Notes: generated by a model from the letters alone, not told the origin. 6,843 nucleotides of DNA from Vitrella brassicaformis CCMP3155 (GCA_001179505.1 CDMY01000995.1:1-6843); one strand, 5' to 3'. Counted from the stretch's first letter, positions 1-6,458 are shown. Numbers and translations are program-made.

Positions 1-1
1 T

Positions 2-586
2 CTACGGAAGGCATTGTATGGCCTCAAGGAAGCCCCGCGCGCATGGAACATCACTCTTCACAACCAGCTACTCGACAGAGGGTTCGTTCGCCACCCTCAG
101 GAGCCCTGTGTGTACCTGCATAAGGACAACAACATCCTTCTTGTGGTGTTCGTCGACGACATTCTCATCGTCAGCGAACAAGAGGGGGTCACCTGGTTCA
201 AGCAGCAGCTGTCGAGCGTGTTTGCGACGAAGGACCTGGGCGAGGTTGACATCTTTCTCGGCCTCAAGATCATCCGCGATCGTCAAGAAAGGACCCTGCA
301 GATCACACAGCCACAGTACATCGACAAGATGCTCAAGAGATTCAGCATGGAGAATGCGAACCCAGTGGATTTCCCTTGTGCGTCCGGTATTCAAGTGACC
401 TCTGAGATGTCACCGAAGACGGACGAAGAGAAGACGAAGATGAAGAAGGTTCCCTATCGGCAACTCGTTGGCGCATTGATGTTCTGCTCGGTCACGTGCC
501 GCCCGGACATCGCCAATGTGGTCAAGGAGCTTGCACGATATGCTCATGAGCCCGGTTTTGGGCATTGGCAGGCAGCAAAGAAGGTT
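2..586 (+). mobile_element. pol: Ty1/copia LTR-retrotransposon pol, reverse transcriptase (RVT_2-type) fragment; open at the window start and truncated at its 3' end
   Basis: Frame 2 reads LRKALYGLKEAPRAW...EPCVY...LLVVFVDDILIV...KDLGEVDIFLGLKI...QPQYIDKMLKRF...PYRQLVGALMF...RPDIANVVKELAR...HWQAAKKV, the canonical order of copia RT motifs. Similarity stops after KKV (586), where copia normally continues with an LRYLKGT-like motif; a stop follows at 599-601. Confidence 0.95.
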
Positions 587-1029
587 TCTGGAGAGAGCTA
601 GGTCACAACAACTTGAGAGCGTTTGTGCACTCCTTTTTCTTCTCTCTCTATGCTCTGAGCAAGGGCACAGAGGAGACGCTTGAGAGCTTCATGTTTGAGA
701 GGCAGGCGCAACACCCTGACCTCACTGTCGGTCGGGTTTTGCGCCTGCTTGATGACGTGAGTGTTGCTCTTGTGGTCCATTCTGTAAAGAGAGTGCAGAG
801 AGGAAAGAAGGTCAGTGTTGCGGCGTGTCGTGTGCCGCTTGACTTCTGCCATGAGATGGGATGTGTGGTGGGCCACATGTCGTTTGCCTCGCCACTGGGC
901 CACTATCCTGTCTCCTCTATCTGCGCCGCGCCCTTCCTGCCGCCCCCTACATGTTCTCTCCGGAGAACCAGGGAGATCTTTTCTGTCTGCTGGATGGCTC
1001 TCAGTCTCTTGATGACTTCAAGAAGCGGT

Positions 1030-1673
1030 TGTAGATATTGGCTTGCACGTGTGTGTGAGCGAGTGGGTGACTGTCTGAGTGTATGGCTGTCTGAGTGACT
1101 GTGTGTGTGTGTGTGTGTGAGTGCGTGGTGTGTGCATGTGTGTGTTGGTTAGCCATGGATGGATCATATGAATAAACGGCTTGACAGAGACCCTCCATGG
1201 CCAGTTGACGCCTCAATGCGTGTCTGTGTGCGTGTGCATGGGTGCATTGAATCCGCTGGTGCCTCGAGAGGCAGCGTGCTGTCACGCCCGCCGGAAAGAT
1301 GTCACGCCCATCGGAAAGCTGTCACGCCTGCCGGAAAGCTGTCTTTCTGCCTCAGCGAGCTGTCTTTTTGTGCAGAAAGCTATCACGTCCGCCGGAAAGC
1401 TGTCTTTCTGTGCAGAAAGCTGTCATGCTGTGCGAAAAGCTGTCTTTCTGTGGCAGAAAGGTGTCTTTCTGTACGAAAAGCTGTCTTTTTGTACGGAAAG
1501 CTGGCTTTTTGATGGGCCAGCTGGCTTTCTGCAATGGAAAGTTGTCTTTTTGAGTGGCGAGACAGCTTTCTGCAGCGGCAGATGGCTTTTTGCAGCGGAA
1601 GCCATCTTCTCGGGCAGATCGCCAGCTTTTGAGCTCGCCATCCAGCTTTTCGGCCAGACCTTGCCTTGTCGTG
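1030..1673 (+). repeat. Dispersed repeat, copy A (644 bp): TG-rich part, unique core and 20-bp array, ending CCTTGCCTTGTCGTG
   Basis: Aligns by eye end to end with the reverse complement of 3890-4497 (from TGTAGATA to TTGCCTTGTCGTG) and with 5431-5808. The many overlapping ORFs in the track here come from the repeat. Confidence 0.93.
1278..1660 (+). repeat. Minisatellite in copy A: 19 units of 20-21 bp (types GCTGTCACGCCCGCCGGAAA and GCTGTCTTTCTGTGCAGAAA)
   Basis: Units phased on GCTGTC: 16 x 20 bp plus 3 x 21 bp = 383 bp. Units become more degenerate toward 1660. Confidence 0.9.
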
Positions 1674-2247
1674 CGAGAGACGTCTCGAGCTCGCGTGGCC
1701 CCCATGCACGAGACGATCGAATTCATCATATGCGGAGCGCATAGCGCTCAGTGTGCTCATTCGGCTGAGACGGAGCGAGCGTCAAAGAAAGAGAAGCGTC
1801 TGACGGAGGTCTGTCTGACGTGTCCGTCAGTCCGTCTCAATGTCTGCCATCCGTGTGGTGCGCGAAAGGGGCACCTGGGGAACGTGGTGTCCTGCCCATC
1901 TGAATCGGACACCAGCGAGTCGGGCGGGTGCCAACACAGGCCACACTATCGACACACAAGGCAGAATTTTGTACTTACAACGGATCTACATGCATGTCCT
2001 ACTGTCTCATTTAGCAGACATGCAGAAGGCAGAAGCACCCTGCAGTGAATAGGGATGCTGTTCGGAGCCCAGCATTCTAACGGAGGGAATGCTGCAGGGT
2101 GATCAGAAAGGGGTATCTGAATCATTGATGAGAATCGTGACTGATTGATTCGATCCTCATAGAGTTAAACGCTTCGCTAGGAAAGGGAGGGAAGCGTACA
2201 TCTTCCCTTGTCCTCGCTGTGCCTCTCCTTTTGGTTTCACGGTGGCA

Positions 2248-2270
2248 CCTAAACCCTAAACCCTAAACCC
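2248..2270 (+). repeat. Interstitial telomere-type repeat, about 3.3 copies of CCCTAAA (TTTAGGG on the - strand)
   Basis: CCTAAACCCTAAACCCTAAACCC is read directly; degenerate AAACCCTAG and AACCCTAG follow at 2322-2338. Confidence 0.85.
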
Positions 2271-2293
2271 GAAGGAAGGTGCCCTACAAGATC

Positions 2294-2316
2294 AGGGGTG
2301 CTTCGGAAGCACCCCT
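2294..2316. other. Perfect inverted repeat with 11-bp arms (hairpin or cruciform potential)
   Basis: AGGGGTGCTTC-G-GAAGCACCCCT. Confidence 0.85.
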
Positions 2317-2888
2317 TCGACAAACCCTAGGAACCCTAGACAGGGCGAAGAGGAGAATCACCCTTTGACCTCATCGCCAATTGCCGACATTCAGTGTGCA
2401 GCAGTTGTTTCATTCGCTTTTCATCGTTTCGACCTCCCTGTGTTGATTCCCATCGTCAGCACAGGCAGATTCAGACCAGTTGTTGTGAGCAGCAGCTAGG
2501 TGTGTGCATCGTGTGTCACGAGTGACACGTCGTGTGTTCGTGCGTTCGTTCGTCGTTCCTCGTCCCATCGTTCGTTCATTCGTTTGTTGTGCCCGTCCGT
2601 GTGACAGACAGTCAGTCGTTGATAAGAGCAGTCCCCCGTGTGTGCGAACAGAGATAGCTTGAGCCTTCAGTAACAGAAACCTTCACACACCAATCAAACA
2701 CCCACTCTCACTCACCAGTAACACTTCATCCAGTATCCTCGAGCTTTGTGCTATTACTCATAGCACATCGGACACAGACACCGCAGGACAGAAGAGGAGG
2801 CGGTAACACAGGTCGACTTGACTCGTGTGCTTGTCGTCATTTATTCTTAATTGTGTCTCTTATCGATTGGTCAATCAGCATCGAGTAA

Positions 2889-3627
2889 GCGCTATTTCAT
2901 AGCGTTATCTACCCCACGGACAAAACCCCGGGTACACTTGCTAAGACTCATTTTGCCGATACACTCACGTCACGGTGGGACCCCAATGTATGGACTCATC
3001 ATTCGTTGCTGCATGATGCACCCCTCCTTCCTCCCCCCCTCTCTCTCTTGCCCCTGCCTCTGTGTCTTCTTCAATGGCGTGGGTACACACATGACAATGC
3101 TCGTACGCGAATTCTCTTGCATGCACGTCAGCGTTTATTCACTGCTTCTCCTTTCTTCGGCAATGTCTTTCCTCATAGCTTCCCCGTGACCCGTCGGCCT
3201 TTTGCGCCCCGTACACAGCGTTGCCTTCTGGACAGTAGCAGTCTACTCTCTCTACCTGCATATGTACCACCTTTTTTGCGTGATTTCATTATTGAGTCAG
3301 GCCGAGACTGGCTTCATCGCCTCATCCAGCCACTGTCCACCTTTCCGTGCTACTTCTCACTACCTAGACCCAAGCGTCGTGTGCTGTTCGCTTTTCGGAC
3401 CGGTACGTATCCTTGTGCAGTTACTGATGGGCGTATCGGTGGCCCTTTACTACGCTCTTGCCCTTTTTGCACCGTTTTTCTTGCCTCACATGTGGGTGCC
3501 ACCTGTTGAGGATGAGCTGCATATTCTTTTCTACTGTCCCCTCTACAGCTCTGCACGAGGGGAAGTATTCCGTGTTGTTCGTATGTATGGCCTTGCGGCG
3601 CCTGATGGCGAGGTTTACTTTCGATGA
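2889..3627 (+). pseudogene. 3' end of a non-LTR retrotransposon (LINE) ORF2 with a C-terminal CCHC zinc knuckle; 5'-truncated and frameshifted
   Basis: One frame (open 2889-3506) gives ...RRVLFAFRTGTYPCAVTDGRIGGPLLRSCPFC (CPFC at 3459-3470). The +1 frame continues VEDELHILFYCPLYSSAR (from 3505) to a stop at 3625-3627. Joined, this fits the RTG..L.VE.GR...R.C..C...VEDE.H.L..C..Y...R pattern of LINE ORF2 C-termini. The 5' boundary is uncertain. Confidence 0.8.
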
Positions 3628-3811
3628 GATTTCAATTATTGTGATCCCCTTGTGTTTGCCTTTTCCCTGCTCACCTCTCGCTCACTGCATGTGCATGAAG
3701 CGGTGGCCACTTTCTACTATCGCGAAAGGGAGGGTTGCGTTGCATCCAATGCTTCCTTCCCCTGACTTGTGATTTTCCACGGACTTACACAGACTCTTTC
3801 CCCGTAAGGTT

Positions 3812-3835
3812 AACGAACGAACGAACGAACGAACG
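3812..3835 (+). repeat. (AACG)6 tract, probably the 3' tail of the LINE
   Basis: Six perfect AACG units about 185 bp after the ORF2 stop. Several LINE clades end in short tandem repeats rather than poly(A). Confidence 0.7.
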
Positions 3836-3889
3836 ACGACCCAACCAGTGATCGCGATGGCCAGTGGTTGACCCTTAGGGCCTCCACTA

Positions 3890-4497
3890 CACGACAAGGC
3901 AAGGTCCGGCGGAAAAGCTGGGTTGCGAGCTAAAAAGCTGGCGATCTGCCCGAGAAGATGGCTTCCGCTGCAAAAAGCCATCTGCCGCTGCAGAAAGCTG
4001 TCTCGCCACTCAAAAAGACAGCTTTCCATTGCAGAAAGCCAGCTGGCCCATCAAAAAGCCAGCTTTCTGTACAAAAAGGCAGCTTTCCGTACAGAAAGAC
4101 AGCTTTCTGCCACAGAAAGACAGCTTTCTGCACAGAAAGACAGCTCGCTGAGGCAGAAAGACAGCTTTCCGGCGGGCGTGTCATCTCTTCGATGGGCGTG
4201 ACATCTTTCCGGCGGGCGTGACAGCACGCTGATCAGTCTGACGGCTGCCTGCCTCTCGAGGCACCAGCGGATTCAATGCACCACACTCACACGCACACAG
4301 GCACGCATTGAAGCGTAAAATGGCCATGGAGAGTGTCTGCAAGCCGTCCATTCACATGATCCATCCATGGCCAACCAGCCCACACGGGTGGGGGACGCAC
4401 TCATTTACACACACACACACACAGACAGTCACTCACTCACTCACTCAGACACCCACACACTCACACATTCACACGCACGTGCAAGCCACTATCTACA
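3890..4497 (-). repeat. Dispersed repeat, copy B (608 bp), inverted relative to A and C; begins CACGACAAGGCAAGG on the + strand
   Basis: The reverse complement matches A along its whole length and matches C from 5431. Confidence 0.93.
3903..4225 (-). repeat. Minisatellite in copy B: 16 units of 20-21 bp
   Basis: Same unit order as A but three internal units fewer (13 x 20 + 3 x 21 = 323 bp). Confidence 0.9.
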
Positions 4498-4720
4498 CTA
4501 TCGCGATTGTGCAGCGGGCAACAGGGGTGGAACGATGCGATGTGACAGCGACAACCTGAGAGCTCTCTGATCATTCAGACAGGCAGGCAGACACACACAT
4601 AGCTTTTGTTTGTATGACTGGATGCCCTCTTTTTGTGGCATTCGTGGCATTCGTGACTGTTCTGTGCCTGTCTGATTTGGAGCGAATTACCTTTTGAGCA
4701 AAGGGGTGGAGTTTGATATC

Positions 4721-4752
4721 CCTCTCTCTCCCTCTCTCTCTCTCTCTCTCTC
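4721..4752 (+). repeat. (CT)n microsatellite
   Basis: About 16 CT units with one interruption. Confidence 0.9.
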
Positions 4753-5246
4753 GGCTTTGTTGGCCGTCCTGTTCTTTGTTTCTTAATTTCCTGAATGAAT
4801 GAGAATGAGACAGAAAGGAAATGGAAGGAAAGAAAGGAAAACAGTCATAGATAGTGCATAGGAGATGAGTCTTTTATCTTCATACCCAGCGAGGCAATGC
4901 CGCTGACACACAAGCAGAGGATGGCTGGCTGGCTGGCTGGCCGACTGATTGACTGATCGATCACTGTTGGATACACATATGTCATAGGTACTATCATGTC
5001 GTTGCCCTTACACATATTGCTTGATTGATTAACTGACGCCTCTGGGCCAATCAATCACTCAAGCAAACGATGGTCTGCTGCTGCTGGCATGTGTGTCTGC
5101 TGACGGTCTGAGACACAACGTCACGCTATCTGCCTCGTCCTTTCTGCCCCTGCACACACAAGTCCCCGCATCAAGGTAGGCGCATACAGAAGCTAAGCAG
5201 TGACGGAAGAAGAGAATGGTTTGTGTTTTTGTGTCTTTCTGTGCAG

Positions 5247-5401
5247 CGTCTGGCGACTTCCTTCGGCACGATCGGCATCGGGTAAGTCAGCCAATAAATC
5301 ACACACGCACTCGAGGCGGATGCATGGCTGTGTCTCTGTGGATCGATGGATGCAGCAAGAGCCCCACGACACATTTCAAAGTCTTGTTCGACACAGCATC
5401 G
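5247..5401 (+). pseudogene. Two-exon fragment of a pepsin-family (A1) aspartic protease covering the first catalytic Asp
   Basis: Exon 5247-5281 follows the acceptor TTTCTGTGCAG and ends at the donor GTAAGT. A 74-nt intron (5282-5355) ends in TGCAG, and the next exon starts at 5356. Splicing is in phase and gives RLATSFGTIGIG-KSPTTHFKVLFDTAS, similar to the pepsin/cathepsin D pattern YFGTIGIGTPPQ.F.VLFDTGS. The rest of the gene is absent. Confidence 0.8.
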
Positions 5402-5430
5402 GTCGGTCAGCCCATCACCTCTTGAGCAAA

Positions 5431-5808
5431 GGGTGTCTGAGTGAGTGACTGTCTGAGTGATTGTCTGAGTGTGTGTGTGAATGAGTGCGTCCCCCACCCG
5501 TGTGTGCTGGTTGGCCATAGATGGATCATGTGAATGGACGGCTTGCAGACACTCTCCATGGCCAGTTGACGCTTCAATGCGTGCCTGTGTGCGTGTGAGT
5601 GTGGTGCATTGAAGCAGCTGGTGCCTCGAGAGGCAGGCAGCCGTCAGACTGATCAGCGTGCTGTCACGCCCGCCAAAAAGATGTCACGCCCATCGAAGAG
5701 ATGACACGCCCGCCGGAAAGCTGTCTTTCTGCCTCAGCGAGCTGTCTTGAGCTCAAGAAAGCTGTCTTTCTGTACAGAAAGCTGTCTTGCTGTGCAGAAA
5801 GCTGTCTT
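5431..5808 (+). repeat. Dispersed repeat, copy C (378 bp), cut within array unit 8 by an LTR insertion
   Basis: Matches the reverse complement of B starting from position 4454. The array runs 5660-5808 (7 full units plus 8 bp), and similarity ends abruptly at TGTTGA (5809). Confidence 0.92.
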
Positions 5809-6005
5809 TGTTGATATGTGTGGCGCGAACTCATCGCGTGGCTAGTCGATGGGCCATTGCAACTCAGGAAAGGGCTTTGGACTGATACACTGCACAGTCC
5901 ACTGTGAGCTCTGCATTAGCTCCAGCCAGGGAACGGATAATGTTCGTGAAACATTGGCGCTCCGGCGCTTCCAAAATTCAGCAAGAGCCTGTTCAGCCTT
6001 TGACA
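5809..6005 (+). mobile_element. 5' LTR (197 bp) of a copia-like retrotransposon
   Basis: Starts TGTTGA exactly where repeat C breaks and ends TTTGACA (TGT...ACA termini), directly followed by a PBS-like sequence. The second LTR is not in the window. Confidence 0.75.
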
Positions 6006-6020
6006 GGTTATGCAGCCCAC
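6006..6020 (+). promoter_or_regulatory. Primer-binding site of the half-tRNA-iMet (anticodon-arm) type, with one extra C
   Basis: GGTTATG(C)AGCCCAC directly after the LTR's terminal CA. Without the C it is complementary to GTGGGCTCATAACC, an initiator-tRNA-like anticodon arm (compare the GGTTATGGGCCCAG PBS of Drosophila copia). Confidence 0.7.
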
Positions 6021-6333
6021 TCAGCTACCCTCAGCGAGTCACGTCTGACTCTGATCTCATCGATAGCAGCAGGTGGCCCTCAAGAGGTGTGCAGGGGGAG
6101 AGCAGGGGCTCGCACACTACCACCTGTCCCTCCCAGCCGAGCAGAACCTCCCGTGAGGTCGCCCTCTGCTCACATCATCGATACCAGGCCTGTTCACCAA
6201 CAACGGTCAAGACACAGCTGACCAAGATAACGGATATACTGGTGAGGGCAGCAGAAAAGCTTCTGCGCGGTAGCCAGCAACACGACGGCACTCCCAAAGG
6301 GCGAGTGGAGCCGAGGACGACGGTCGCGACTGA

Positions 6334-6458
6334 CAGGGGGCTGTGCAGCGTTGCGCCAGCGTCTGATCGATCTCGACAGCCAGAGGGCTGGGCTGCGTTG
6401 CGCCAGCGTCTGCGACACTGAAGGTCAGAGGGCTGAGGTCGCATTGCGCCAGCGTCTG
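6334..6458 (+). repeat. Three ~46-bp tandem units in the retroelement leader, core TTGCGCCAGCGTCTG
   Basis: The exact 15-mer occurs at 6351, 6398 and 6444, each preceded by CAG(A/G)GGGCTG plus 7-8 nt. Confidence 0.85.

Larger units (their letters stand above)
3890..5808. mobile_element. Putative non-autonomous long-TIR DNA element: arms B and C, cargo about 4498-5430, right arm interrupted by an LTR element
   Basis: The arms are inverted and share variants absent from A: a 20-bp insert GCAGCCGTCAGACTGATCAG, CCCCCACCCGTG, and ATCGAAGAGATGACACG. The outer end starts with CAC and carries a subterminal array. No transposase is present, and the right terminus and TSD lie outside the window. Confidence 0.55.

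Noticed and set aside
18-398. Alternative-frame and antisense ORFs (18..398 +, 68..394 -)
   Set aside because: They are shadows of the RT reading frame.
1278-1660. CRISPR-like appearance of the palindromic periodic array (also 3903-4225 and 5660-5808)
   Set aside because: The period is only 20-21 bp, there are no unique spacers and no cas genes, and the context is eukaryotic. It is a minisatellite.
1001-2052. Many overlapping ORFs in and around repeat A (also 3682-4570 and 5171-5518)
   Set aside because: They are by-products of stop-poor microsatellite and minisatellite sequence and show no recognisable domains.
2059-2650. Possible solo LTR bounded by TGTTCG...CGAACA
   Set aside because: The flanks GATGC and GAGAT do not form a TSD, there is no PBS on either side, and the upstream purine tract is weak. 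A 6-bp inverted match can arise by chance.
3842-3880. Short inverted repeat CAACCA/TGGTTG and CCCTTAGGG between the LINE tail and repeat B
   Set aside because: The stems are 6 bp or shorter, and a single TTAGGG is not evidence of telomeric sequence.
1030-4497. A and B as the TIRs of one 3.5-kb element with TG...CA ends
   Set aside because: The flanks (AGAAGCGGT and CTATCGCGA) share no TSD, and B is closer in sequence to C than to A.
4551-4563. ACAACCTGAGAGC resembles ACAACTTGAGAGC at 608-620; TTGAGCAAAGGG occurs at both 4694 and 5422
   Set aside because: These are 12-13 bp matches that do not extend and do not mark element boundaries in a way I can interpret.
5849-6421. 190-aa ORF
   Set aside because: It starts inside the LTR, crosses the PBS and has no recognisable motif, so it is probably a chance open frame in GC-rich sequence. 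The antisense ORFs at 6175-6695 are rejected for the same reason.
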